Positions 10,657 through 19,872 of a stretch of DNA of 64,000 nt are shown piece by piece. Every line of letters starts with the position of its first letter. Within the stretch, counting starts at the first letter, position 1. The stretch lies in NCBI GenBank assembly GCA_965200315.1, contig OZ241362.1:1952001-2016000 (forward strand), written 5' to 3'. This stretch comes from Candidatus Latescibacterota bacterium. GTDB taxonomy: Bacteria > Latescibacterota > UBA2968 > UBA8231. The notes below the pieces were generated by a model. It saw only the letters and a list, made by a program, of their open reading frames with translations. It was not told the DNA's origin and did no database searches. A program made the position numbers and the translations under genes.

Positions 10657-11654
10657 CGGCGGTATGCAATGCGCGGATCGAGGAGCGGATAAACCAAGTC
10701 GAGAATCAACGTCACCACGGCGATGGCCAAGATGACCATGAGCACGACTCCGTAGATGACGAAGTAGTCAAAAGTCTGCACGGCGCGGTACAGCACCGTG
10801 CCCACGCCCGGGTACGCAAACACCACCTCCACCAGCACAGCCCCAGACACCACGTACCCCATGGCCAGCGCCAAAGCTGTCGTCTGCGGCAACAGCGCGT
10901 TGCGCAGGGCGTAGCGGAAGAAAATGTCGCGGCTCTTCAAACCCCGCGCCTCGGCGTAGTTGACGTAATCCTCGCCCTGGACGGTGACCATCATGCCGCG
11001 CATCGACAAAGCCCAAAACCCCACCGACGACAGCACGATCGACAGGGCGGGGACGATGGAGTGATAGATCACGTCGATGGCAAAGGACAAGGTCGGCCCG
11101 GGCAGCGTACCCAACGTAAAGCCGCCGCCGAGTGGAAAGGCGCCTAGGGTGAAACCTAGCAGAAAGACGAGCACTAGTCCGAGCAAGTAGTAGGGAATCG
11201 CCGACAGCGCCAAGAACGGCGCGGCAAAGTAGTGCAGGGCACCGGGTGATCGCGGCCAAGCGAGCAGGGCACCGAGCACCGTACCGAGGGCAAAGGCAAT
11301 AAGCGTCGCCGTGGTTAGCAGACCGAGCGTCCACGGCAGGGCGCGCATGATAATGTCGGAAGCGCGGCTCGGAAAGTTGGCGATGGAGACCCCAAAGTCG
11401 AGGCGCGCCACATCGCCGAGATAGCGGAGATACTGCTTCCACAAGGGCTGGTCGAGACCGAAACGGGCCTCGTATGTGGCCACTACGGCCTCCATGTCGG
11501 TCTTGCCCGCGCCGCCAAAGGACACCGCCTGCAACAGACGCTCGCGAATGGGGTTTACCGGGGCCAGCCGAGGCATCAAGAAGTTAATGGTGGCCCCGGC
11601 CCACACGATCAGCAGGAACACCCCGAGGCGACGGAAGACGTAATTGAGCGACAA
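10653..11654 (-). CDS. ABC transporter permease (OppB/DppB-like)
   Basis: FGLDQPLWKQY, DFGVS, EDYVNYAEARGL, VEVVFAYPGVG, DPRI. Start taken as TTG 11654 behind GGAG. Confidence 0.9.
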   Translation of the reverse strand: MSLNYVFRRLGVFLLIVWAGATINFLMPRLAPVNPIRERLLQAVSFGGAGKTDMEAVVATYEARFGLDQPLWKQYLRYLGDVARLDFGVSIANFPSRASDIIMRALPWTLGLLTTATLIAFALGTVLGALLAWPRSPGALHYFAAPFLALSAIPYYLLGLVLVFLLGFTLGAFPLGGGFTLGTLPGPTLSFAIDVIYHSIVPALSIVLSSVGFWALSMRGMMVTVQGEDYVNYAEARGLKSRDIFFRYALRNALLPQTTALALAMGYVVSGAVLVEVVFAYPGVGTVLYRAVQTFDYFVIYGVVLMVILAIAVVTLILDLVYPLLDPRIAYRR

Positions 11655-11719
11655 GTCGGTTCTACTCCGCGTATGACAAATGTAATTCCAACAATATGGC
11701 CCCCAAGACGCAACGTCGC

Positions 11720-11922
11720 TCAATCATGGGTGGCGACCGCCGTTTTCCATTTTGTCCTCTCTTCCTCGATAAAGTAGCCCACGAGATCGTTGTACACTTT
11801 CTCCATCGCGTCTGGACTGAAGCCTTCCTCTTTCGCCCAGAGTCTTCGTTGCCCTAGCGGCGCAATAATTTTTCTAGCGATTCGATCAATCTCTGCACGT
11901 ATATCTCATCTGGCGTCTTCAT
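11720..11922 (-). pseudogene. Isochorismate-pyruvate lyase/chorismate mutase (PchB-like) remnant, frameshifted and internally deleted
   Basis: MKTPDE, then a frameshift to DIRAEIDRIARKIIAPLGQR joined directly to RLWAKEEGFSPDAMEKVYNDLVGYFIEEE...stop. The central helix of AroQ/PchB proteins is missing. Confidence 0.7.
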
Positions 11923-11924
11923 TC

Positions 11925-12135
11925 ATATAGCAATCCTACACGACGGGTGCGGTGCGCAGGCTCGCCCCCGGTTCGGTGTCTCCCCCGGCGCACCCCTGCC
12001 CGGATCGAGGGGCATCCTGCCCTCGAAATACGCCACCCCCCAGGCGACGCGACCGACCGAAAAGCCGCCAGCGGGCGAGACGCCCGCGCACCCCGCGATG
12101 CGCCGCATCGCGCGAATGAGGTAGGATGGCGATAT
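11925..12135. mobile_element. MITE, family A (terminal inverted repeats TATAGC[A/C]ATCCTAC)
   Basis: Left end ATATAGCAATCCTAC, right end GTAGGATGGCGATAT. The internal sequence resembles 49497-49822 and includes GCGGGCGAGACGCCCGCGCACCC. Confidence 0.75.
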
Positions 12136-12234
12136 CACTCCTTATCTGTTTCCGAATCTCAATCCAATCTTAGGTGCGTATCTGAGCCTGTCGCGCCTGA
12201 AGGCGCTGTGAACGCACCCGGCTACAAAAGCACT

Positions 12235-12663
12235 CTAGACGAGTGGATGACGCCAGCGCAGGTCGGGAAAGCGACTGAAGTCGCGGTCGGTAGTGATCCA
12301 CTCACTGCCCGACTCAATGGCCAAGGCGGCCAAGTACGCGTCTTGGACCAGATTCCCCTTGCACTGGCTCTGTTGGCAAAGTCGGGTAAATATGGCCCAG
12401 TGGCGTACCCCTGGCGTGATGGCTACGCGATTGGGACGGTCGCGAACCTGATCTGCGAAAGTCAGTGCCGTGTCCAGCGGGCTGGGTGGGTCGAAGATGC
12501 GGCTGTGGGTGGCGATGCGGAGAAAGCTGGACAGCACGAGGTCGGTCATGCCGTAGGCCTGAGGACTGTGGATCAATTCTTCCAGCCAAGCCCGATAGGC
12601 CGGGTGGTCGGGGACTTCCTCGCGGTGGGCGTAGAGCAGGACATTGACGTCAAGCAGGACCAT
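12235..12663 (-). CDS. vapC: VapC-family PIN-domain toxin
   Basis: MVLLDVNVLLYAH...GNLVQDAYLAALAIE...TTDRDFSRFPDLRWRHPL. Confidence 0.93.
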   Translation of the reverse strand: MVLLDVNVLLYAHREEVPDHPAYRAWLEELIHSPQAYGMTDLVLSSFLRIATHSRIFDPPSPLDTALTFADQVRDRPNRVAITPGVRHWAIFTRLCQQSQCKGNLVQDAYLAALAIESGSEWITTDRDFSRFPDLRWRHPLV

Positions 12664-12901
12664 CGTTCTGCTCCATCAGGTCGAGGAGGGAAGAGGTATC
12701 GTCCAGATCGACACCGGGTTGTACCCCTCGCCCTTTGAAGGTCTTCAAAGCGACGCTGGCCTGTGGCTGAGGGACCTTGGTGCGTGCTAGGGATTCGCGC
12801 AGCGCGTCCTCTATCACCGCCTTGAGCGTCCGGCCCGTCTGGGCAGCGTACTGCTTGGCCTCTGACAGCAACTGATCATCCAACTGTATCGTCGTTTTCA
12901 T
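12650..12901 (-). CDS. vapB: VapB-family antitoxin (RHH/DUF2191-like)
   Basis: MKTTIQLDDQLLSEAKQYAAQTGRTLKAVIEDALR; overlaps the vapC start. Confidence 0.85.
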   Translation of the reverse strand: MKTTIQLDDQLLSEAKQYAAQTGRTLKAVIEDALRESLARTKVPQPQASVALKTFKGRGVQPGVDLDDTSSLLDLMEQNDGPA

Positions 12902-13035
12902 CCATAAAACCATACGATATATACATAAATATGGCAAACTCTAGGCGTCAGCTTGAAAACTTCGATCCTCGGATAAAGAGACCGAGTGGATCAGCGGTTT
13001 GCTCGTCGGTCTGTACCCGTGCGAGTCCCTCCGCT

Positions 13036-14172
13036 CTACTCCGCGTCGAAGAAGCCGAGGTCCTCCCGCGCCGCGCCGCGCGCCACCTCCTCGTCGAGCG
13101 CGACTCCGAGACCAGGAGACTGCGGCAAGGCGATCCGCCCGTTGACGATCAGGTCGCGTTCCACCGTGAGGCTGTTCCACAGCGCATTGTCGAGGTGGTG
13201 GAACTCCAACACCTGAAAGTTGGGCGAAGCAGCGCACGTGTGACACATGGCCATCGTGCCGATCGGGCTACAGATGTTGTGCGGAGAAATTGGGATGTAA
13301 TAAATGTCGGCGAGATCGGCGATGCGGCGGCCCTCGGACAGGCCGCCGGCCTTGGCCAGATCGGGGGAGATAATATCCGTCGCCTGCGTCTCGACTAGCT
13401 CGCGGAACCCGTGCCGCGTGTACAGGTTTTCGCCGGTGCAGATCGGGGTGCGCGTCGCGGTCTTCACTTCTTTGAGCGCGGCGACGTTTTCGGCCGGAAT
13501 CGGATCTTCCAACCACATCAAATTTAGTTCTTCCAAGGCGTAGGCAACCTTGAGAATGTCGTGCGGAGCGTACGCCCAGTGCGCGTCAATGAGCAAATCC
13601 GTGTTGGGATGCAGGGCCTCGCGGAGCGCCGTGACCACTTCGATGTGGAAGGCGATGTCGCGGTTGCTCATGGTGCGGTTGTAGTGGTCGCGGCGGTCGG
13701 GACGCGGGTCGATGTCGAACTTGATGGCGTCAAAGCCGCGGGCTTCTACTTCCTTGGCCTTGGCGGCCCACGATTCGGGATTGTCGTCCTCGTTTCCGGC
13801 GTGGCAGTCGTTGTACACGCGAATGGAGTCGCGGTACGCGCCGCCCAGCAACTGCCAAATCGGCACACCAATCGCCTGCCCGGTGATGTCCCACAGCGCC
13901 ATCTCAATGCCGCTGATCGCGCTCATCACCGCTCCTTGGTAGTACCCCGACGCCGACATCGAGCTTTTCATGTCGCGGAAGAGCTTATCGACGTTGCGCG
14001 GGTCTTGGCCGATGAGGGCGCGTTGAGTGAGGCGTTCGTCGACAGCAATGTGGTGGACGCCGGCCCCGTGATAGGCTTCGCCCATGCCGGTGATCCCCTC
14101 GTCGGTGCGCACCTTCACCAGCACCCAAGGCATGGGTTGCAGCAGCACGGCTCCTACATCGACAATTTTCAT
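13036..14172 (-). CDS. Mandelate racemase/muconate lactonizing enzyme family (acid-sugar dehydratase-like)
   Basis: VRTDEGITGMGE, SGIEMALWDI, KFD, metal ligands DAH / EDP / GEN, PHN, PGLGV. Confidence 0.92.
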   Translation of the reverse strand: MKIVDVGAVLLQPMPWVLVKVRTDEGITGMGEAYHGAGVHHIAVDERLTQRALIGQDPRNVDKLFRDMKSSMSASGYYQGAVMSAISGIEMALWDITGQAIGVPIWQLLGGAYRDSIRVYNDCHAGNEDDNPESWAAKAKEVEARGFDAIKFDIDPRPDRRDHYNRTMSNRDIAFHIEVVTALREALHPNTDLLIDAHWAYAPHDILKVAYALEELNLMWLEDPIPAENVAALKEVKTATRTPICTGENLYTRHGFRELVETQATDIISPDLAKAGGLSEGRRIADLADIYYIPISPHNICSPIGTMAMCHTCAASPNFQVLEFHHLDNALWNSLTVERDLIVNGRIALPQSPGLGVALDEEVARGAAREDLGFFDAE

Positions 14173-14337
14173 CGCTGCGATCCGAATTGAATGAGAACAG
14201 ATGCCTTATTAGATTGAATATGGCATTGCAAAAACGCCGCCAATGTATCGCCTCCCCCACCCTCCGTCAAGCTCTCTGGGAGAACGGACGCCGCTCGCGC
14301 TGCTTTGACGTTTTAACGCTATGAGGTTATCGCCTTT

Positions 14338-14571
14338 ATGACTAACGCGACCAAACGAATCACCATCGACTTTGATCCTGCGATTCACCGTGCCCTTCAG
14401 CGACAGGCCGCCGAAGCGAACCGATCGATTTCCGCCTTAGTCAATGATGCAGTGAGGCGCTCCCTAACCGAGGATGTCGAGGATTTGAGTGCCTTCGACG
14501 AGCGGGCCGCCGAACCCAATTTGCCGTTTGAGGATGTCGTCAAAGATCTCAAGCGCAGTGACAAGCTATAA
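14338..14571 (+). CDS. CopG/RHH antitoxin
   Basis: KRITIDFDPAIHRAL...SISALVNDAVR...EDVEDL; overlaps the downstream RelE gene. Confidence 0.82.
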   Translation: MTNATKRITIDFDPAIHRALQRQAAEANRSISALVNDAVRRSLTEDVEDLSAFDERAAEPNLPFEDVVKDLKRSDKL

Positions 14572-14818
14572 AATTCAGATCAAACCCTCTGCCGTACGGG
14601 AAATCGAGGCGATTCCGCAGAAGAAACAACGCCAGCGCATCATTGCTCGAATTCGCGCCCTAACGGACAATCCTCGTCCACGAGGGGTTGAAAAACTCTC
14701 TGGATTGGACCGCTATCGAGTGCGACAAGGAGCCTATAGAATCATTTATTCAATTGAGGACGATGCCCTAGTCGTCTATGTTGTGAAGGTCGGTCATCGC
14801 AGTAATATCTACAGATAG
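14558..14818 (+). CDS. relE: RelE/ParE-family toxin
   Basis: GTG start at 14558: YKIQIKPSA...NPRPRGVEKLSG...YRVRQGAYRIIYSI...VKVGHRSNIY. Confidence 0.9.
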   Translation: MTSYKIQIKPSAVREIEAIPQKKQRQRIIARIRALTDNPRPRGVEKLSGLDRYRVRQGAYRIIYSIEDDALVVYVVKVGHRSNIYR

Positions 14819-15021
14819 CGAACGCCGCTCTCTTTTCTCACTTGCGTCTTTAACTCACCCCCCGTCAAGCCGCGTCGCCAGCGTCGATGGCCTCCCGAAG
14901 AGCCGCGCTAGGAAACAGCCGTTGGTAGGGGAAATGACGGAGCCGCACTCGAGCAGTTGATCGCCCGACTCGCCAGCAAAATGGAGTAACCTTTTCTATG
15001 CCTTCTACCGGGAGAACTACC

Positions 15022-15855
15022 ATGATCCGACTCAACCAACAGCAACTCAACTTTTTCGACACCTTCGGCTACCTAGCCCTGCCGGGGTTGATGGCCGACT
15101 GCATCGACGAGATCACTGATGCCTTTGAGCAGGTTTGGGCCGAGCGCGGCGGGGGCCACCACGGCCAACCGCACGACGGCGAACGGCGCTCCTGCATCGT
15201 GCCCTTCATCGATCAACACGAGCGCCTGTGCGCGCTGCTCGACGATCCGCGCATCGAGGGCTTGCTCGCCAGCCTGCTCGGCGACGACTTCAACTACAGC
15301 AGTTCCGACGGCAACTACTATGCCGGCGACACGCAGTGGCACTCCGACGGCTACCAGAAAGAAGTGCGCCACGTCAAAATAGCCTTCTACCTCGACCACC
15401 TGACGCACGACACCGGCTGCCTGCGCGTGATCCCAGGCAGCCACCGCCGCGGCGATCAGTACGCCGAGACGCTCAAAGCAAACGCACGGCAATCTCAGGA
15501 GCAGTGGGGCATCTCCGGCGACCAAGTCCCAGCCGTCGCGCTCGAAATCGTCCCCGGAGACGTCGTCGTCTTCCAGCACAACCTCAAACACGCGGCCTTC
15601 GGGGGCGGTGGCCGCCGCCGCATGTTCACCATCAACTGCATGGTGCGCGTGCCCGACGAGCAGATCGACCTCGTCAAACAGGACATCGCCGGGCTGGCCC
15701 GCTTCTGGGCGGAGCGCGCATACGGCGAAACCATGCTCGCCACCGCGAGCAAACGCCGCATGGTGCATCTCGAACAGCGCATGGCCAACGACGGCCACCT
15801 CAAAGAACTAGCGGCGAAGGCACGGGCCGAGATGCCAGCACCTTCGCGGGGATAG
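15022..15855 (+). CDS. Phytanoyl-CoA dioxygenase (PhyH) family Fe(II)/2OG oxygenase
   Basis: FDTFGYL, WHSD, GCLRVIPGSH, PGDVVVFQHNLKH. Confidence 0.9.
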   Translation: MIRLNQQQLNFFDTFGYLALPGLMADCIDEITDAFEQVWAERGGGHHGQPHDGERRSCIVPFIDQHERLCALLDDPRIEGLLASLLGDDFNYSSSDGNYYAGDTQWHSDGYQKEVRHVKIAFYLDHLTHDTGCLRVIPGSHRRGDQYAETLKANARQSQEQWGISGDQVPAVALEIVPGDVVVFQHNLKHAAFGGGGRRRMFTINCMVRVPDEQIDLVKQDIAGLARFWAERAYGETMLATASKRRMVHLEQRMANDGHLKELAAKARAEMPAPSRG

Positions 15856-15862
15856 GGAAATC

Positions 15863-16789
15863 ATGAGCGACCACTACGAATTCAAAATGGGGATCTACCT
15901 CGGCGAGCTGCAGCAGCCCTTCGCGCAATCGCTGGCCACGGCGCGCGACCTCGGCGCGCACTACGTCTGGTGCGGCACCCACTCCAACAATCGCAGCCTC
16001 TACGAGCTTGCCGACGCTGAGATAGACCAAGCCGCCGAACAGGTCGCCGCGCACGGTCTCGAGTTTTTCCTGCTCGACGGCGCGGGGTTGTTCAAGACCG
16101 TACATCTCGCCGAACTCGAGCCGGGCAAGATGCTCGAACACGCCCAGTTCAAGGAGCACTTCGATAAACTGGAACGAGCGATGGAGGTTTCAGCCCGTTT
16201 GGGAATCGGCGCAGTCGGCTGCAGCAGCTTCGCTTGGCCGGCCGAATACACCGGCGGCAAGCCCACTTGGCCAATGCGCTGGGCGACGCGCGGCGGCATC
16301 ATCTCCGACGGCGACATGGCAAAGCTCGTCGAAGCATTCTCCATGTTCGCCGACCTCGCCGAGCAATACGACGTCGACATCGCCTTCCTAATGATGCAGT
16401 GGAACTACGGCAACACCAGCCGCAACTTCCGCCGCATCGTCGAAGCCGTCGGCTCGCGGCGCTTCAAGGCGCTCTGGTGTCCGGCCGACAGCTACAACTG
16501 CGGCGAAGTCGACAACGCCACTGCTGGCTTTGAAAACCTGCGCCCCTACCTGTACGGCGTCCACGCCAAGGACCTGCGCACCATAAACGGTGCAACGCTC
16601 GAATTCGAGTACACGCCCATCGGCGAGGGCCACGTCGACTACCCGACCATTCTGCGCAATCTGCGCGACAGCCGCTGCGACGTCGTCCTGTCGATCGCCA
16701 CCCATTTCCTGCCGGCAAGCGGCTCGCGGCTCGAAGCCATGCAGACGAACTACGCCAACATCCGCAGGCTGATCGGCGAGGTGTCGTAG
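15863..16789 (+). CDS. Sugar phosphate isomerase/epimerase (xylose isomerase-like TIM barrel)
   Basis: VHAKD, PIGEGHVDY and an AP-endonuclease-2-like layout; 7 bp downstream of the PhyH gene. Confidence 0.8.
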   Translation: MSDHYEFKMGIYLGELQQPFAQSLATARDLGAHYVWCGTHSNNRSLYELADAEIDQAAEQVAAHGLEFFLLDGAGLFKTVHLAELEPGKMLEHAQFKEHFDKLERAMEVSARLGIGAVGCSSFAWPAEYTGGKPTWPMRWATRGGIISDGDMAKLVEAFSMFADLAEQYDVDIAFLMMQWNYGNTSRNFRRIVEAVGSRRFKALWCPADSYNCGEVDNATAGFENLRPYLYGVHAKDLRTINGATLEFEYTPIGEGHVDYPTILRNLRDSRCDVVLSIATHFLPASGSRLEAMQTNYANIRRLIGEVS

Positions 16790-16877
16790 CCGCTACCGCC
16801 TCATTCCATCGGGATGCCGAAATGGGGCGCGGAGACCAAGCGTACCATACGTTAGGCAATCTATAAGGAGAACCTGC

Positions 16878-17627
16878 ATGACCGATTCGGTGCAAGACGA
16901 CAGCGTCGTCATTCTGTTCCGCGGTGGACGCTTGCCTCAGTGGCATCAACTCGACGAGGCGCAGCGACGCAACTACGAGCGCCAGCACGTGGACCTGATG
17001 CTGGCCGTCTCCGAGCACCACGGCCTGATCGGCATACATGGCTACCGCCTGCTGGCACCCCAAAACAGTTGGGAACGATTCTGGACCATTGAATTCCCAG
17101 ACCTAGCCGGTGCCGAAGCCTGGATGTCGGCTGAGGTGGAGCCTCCGTACGGACACTACGGCTTCTACGACTACTCACTCGCCCGCCGCTGGCAACCAGA
17201 AAGCCTAGCTTGGCTGCCGCGCAAACCCGAGCCCCCGGTAGCGCCCGGCACTGATCCACACGTGATCCCGCCCCTGACCGTCGATCCCACCTCAATCGTC
17301 GTGCTCGCCTTCGGCGGCTGGCGGCGCGGCACCGACCAAGTTGACCCCCAGACACGCGGCGACGAGGCGCACCAGCAACGACTACACGAGGTGGCCCGAG
17401 AGCACGACCTCATCCACGGGGAAGTTTTCCGCCTACTCGGAACCAACGCCGAAGGCGAGTTCCTCTGGCTCTTGGAGTTCCCCCGACTGGCCGGTGCCGA
17501 AGCTTGGATCGAAGCCGAAAAGACACCTCTCGCCGGGTCCTATCAGAAGCGCAACTTCTACCTCGCCAGACGCTGGGCACCCGAGTACTTCGCCACTTGG
17601 CCGCCCGAAAAAACTGGACACGCGTGA
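16878..17627 (+). CDS. Hypothetical protein with a tandem internal duplication
   Basis: The two halves share EFPxLAGAEAWxxAE...LARRWxPE; RBS AAGGAG. Confidence 0.75.
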   Translation: MTDSVQDDSVVILFRGGRLPQWHQLDEAQRRNYERQHVDLMLAVSEHHGLIGIHGYRLLAPQNSWERFWTIEFPDLAGAEAWMSAEVEPPYGHYGFYDYSLARRWQPESLAWLPRKPEPPVAPGTDPHVIPPLTVDPTSIVVLAFGGWRRGTDQVDPQTRGDEAHQQRLHEVAREHDLIHGEVFRLLGTNAEGEFLWLLEFPRLAGAEAWIEAEKTPLAGSYQKRNFYLARRWAPEYFATWPPEKTGHA

Positions 17628-17630
17628 CGA

Positions 17631-17699
17631 CGCGGCTCCAGCTATCTCGTCCAGACGGGAGGCGAGACCTTGGTCTTCGACTGCGGCCCGGGGGCATAA
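17631..17699 (+). pseudogene. Fragment of an MBL-fold (RNase Z-like) hydrolase
   Basis: RGSSYLVQTGGETLVFDCGPGA followed by a stop; typical N-terminal MBL strand motif (LxDCG). Confidence 0.5.
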
Positions 17700-17935
17700 T
17701 GACGCGGCAAACAGAACGCTTCGAGCACTCGACCGCGCTGACTCGCCTGCTCCTCGACCACAAGCAACCCACACGCCGTGCTCCACATCGGGCGAGCCGG
17801 ACCGTAACGCTCGGCACACACTCGAACCGACGCCACACTAACCGGCACCAGCCAGCGTCCATCTTCGCCCCTGCCTTCGGTGCAACGGCCACAGAAGCAG
17901 CCCTTTCAAACGTCTGCCTGCCCCTGGCTGCTCTC

Positions 17936-18244
17936 CTATGCGCTCAATGGCCTAAATCGGCCACCTTCTCGCTCATTCCGCCGTCTGCCGCAGATGAGAA
18001 ATCCGCCAGCGGCAAGACGCTGGAGGACCAAGGACTCAGGGGCGTCGGGACAGCGCACACCAGCGCGAGCAAGGGCATCCTGCACGGCCGGCGACTGACC
18101 AGCTAGGCCGATGATGAAATCGGGAGTGGGTCCGGGCGCAGATACGACCTCAACAGATTCTCCGTGCGTGCCGAGGGTGCGCCTCAACTCCTCCAGCGCC
18201 CAGCTAGCGGCGCGAGGTAGCTCTGTGTCGACGACTAGATTCAT
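17936..18244 (-). pseudogene. Truncated N-terminal fragment of a glycoside-hydrolase-like protein (GH20/GH67 N-domain-like)
   Basis: WALEELRRTL...PESLVLQR...LICGR, then the sequence degenerates; no catalytic domain follows. Confidence 0.45.
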
Positions 18245-18325
18245 AGGCTGGTCATTTCCGCAGCGCCGAGGGCCGATAGACAAACAGCTCTTTCGCGGTC
18301 TCGCAATGCAGCATCAAACGGCTCA

Positions 18326-18420
18326 CTAGGCGAGTAGATGACGCCAGCGCAGGGCGGGAAAGTGGCGGGCGCGATGGCCACGCGATTGGGACGAGCGCGA
18401 ATTTACTCTGCAAAAAATTG
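18326..18420 (-). pseudogene. Internally deleted remnant of a vapC paralogue
   Basis: DNA similarity to 12235-12273 (HFPALRWRHLLA* vs RFPDLRWRHPLV*) joined to similarity to ~12412-12460 (RPNRVAI). Confidence 0.75.
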
Positions 18421-18489
18421 TCCTTTTAAATTACCGGGATTTTGCCTCGATTGGCATGATCAGCGTCTGGATTGCGGACACTAGCCTCG

Positions 18490-19044
18490 CTAAAAACCGC
18501 AGGCCCTTAAAACCGGATGTTGCAAAACGGACGCGACTTCTGCCCAAGCCTGTTGGCTATTCTCTTTTTCAAAGTCAGGACAAAACCCGAAATCGAGATA
18601 CACTTTGATGGCGGGAATCCGTGCGCTTGAGGTGCCGAGAAAACTGCGCTTGTGGAATCGCTTGAGGTAAGCCATCGCCACGGACATCATCGGCTTGGCA
18701 AGCCCGCGTCCCTGATAGTCCGGGAGAATCGCGACCCAGTGAATCTGGCCCCACTCTTGGCCCTTAAAATCGGGCTGCCACCACGCCGTAATGGTCCCGA
18801 CCTCTTCGCCCGCGTCGGTGGTCAAATAAAAACTTCGGTCCTCCAGCGCGCCAAAATCGCGTTTGAATTCGCGCTCAAAAAGCTGGTCGTCAACTTCGAA
18901 GTACGGTTCTGCCGCTCGCTGAATCCGCGTCCAGCTAGCCCCTTCATGCGGGCGGTAATTCCGCATGGCAAATCCTTGGGGAATGGGAAATTGTGGAATG
19001 TTTTCCATGTGCTCGCGGATCATTCTGACACTGTAATTCTGCAT
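18490..19044 (-). CDS. GNAT-family N-acetyltransferase
   Basis: HWVAILPDYQGRGLAK (acetyl-CoA motif A) and AIKVYLDFGF. Confidence 0.9.
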   Translation of the reverse strand: MQNYSVRMIREHMENIPQFPIPQGFAMRNYRPHEGASWTRIQRAAEPYFEVDDQLFEREFKRDFGALEDRSFYLTTDAGEEVGTITAWWQPDFKGQEWGQIHWVAILPDYQGRGLAKPMMSVAMAYLKRFHKRSFLGTSSARIPAIKVYLDFGFCPDFEKENSQQAWAEVASVLQHPVLRACGF

Positions 19045-19053
19045 CGGTACCTG

Positions 19054-19872
19054 CTACTTTTTGTCCCATATTATAATCGAACTCGCGGAGGAGCCGCCCG
19101 GCGGCACGCGGGAAAATTCTATCTCGAGATGAGTCTCAGGCACGTGCAGGTCGCTTTCGCTTAGGGGCTGCCAAGTCCACGAGACCTGCCGCCGACTGGC
19201 GCGCTGGTCGATGATCGGGCGCCTCACCAGCCCAATCTGCCATACATCGCCGGCGGCCGGGGGTAGGCTTTGCGCGTCGGCCAGCCTTTTCAACCCCTCC
19301 CAAGGGAAAGCCAGTTCCACGCTCCAGCCCCGGTCGATATCATCCCGTTTGTTCAGGGTGCCCTCGACCTGCACCCCAACCTGTAATCCGGGAAAGCGCC
19401 AGTGCGAAAAAGCCCAGCGCATGGCTCGATAGTCGGAATTCGATCCCCCGCCCAAGACTTCGGGCCGATGCACCGCCAGATCGAACTCCGGCACGTCGTA
19501 GCGGCCGCCGCGCTGATAGGCTTCCTTCCAGATGTAGAACATCTCCGAGGTCGCGCCCAGCGGATTGACCGCCAGTTCGTAATACGCTCCCCGACCAATG
19601 AGAAGCACCCCGGCGTTGTTGTCCTGCCGGACTAACGGCGAAGACTCCTCCTGCACACCCCACACATCGCGATCTTCCATCCAGAAGCCCACGTAAAAAT
19701 TCTGATCGTCCCACAGCATGGCCGCCCGAGTGTCGAAAAGCGAGCGCCGCCCGGTGTGATCCCCAAAGCGCGGAGAGCGCGGTGCCCGAGACCAGACTTC
19801 CTCTCGCAGGTGGCCGTCCACATCAATGGCGTCTTCGCTCCTATGGCAGATGTAGCGCACGGTCTTATCCAT
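19054..19872 (-). CDS. Carbohydrate-binding family 9-like (DOMON) protein
   Basis: IDVDGHLREEVW, TRAAMLWDDQNFYVGF, YYELAVNPLG, GWSVELAFPW. Confidence 0.85.
   Translation of the reverse strand: MDKTVRYICHRSEDAIDVDGHLREEVWSRAPRSPRFGDHTGRRSLFDTRAAMLWDDQNFYVGFWMEDRDVWGVQEESSPLVRQDNNAGVLLIGRGAYYELAVNPLGATSEMFYIWKEAYQRGGRYDVPEFDLAVHRPEVLGGGSNSDYRAMRWAFSHWRFPGLQVGVQVEGTLNKRDDIDRGWSVELAFPWEGLKRLADAQSLPPAAGDVWQIGLVRRPIIDQRASRRQVSWTWQPLSESDLHVPETHLEIEFSRVPPGGSSASSIIIWDKK

Noticed and set aside
14865-14960. Short minus-strand reading ARVRLRHFPYQRLFPSAALREAIDAGDAA*
   Set aside because: It may be a gene 3' remnant, but no family could be recognised and the ORF overlaps the PhyH start. There is too little support.
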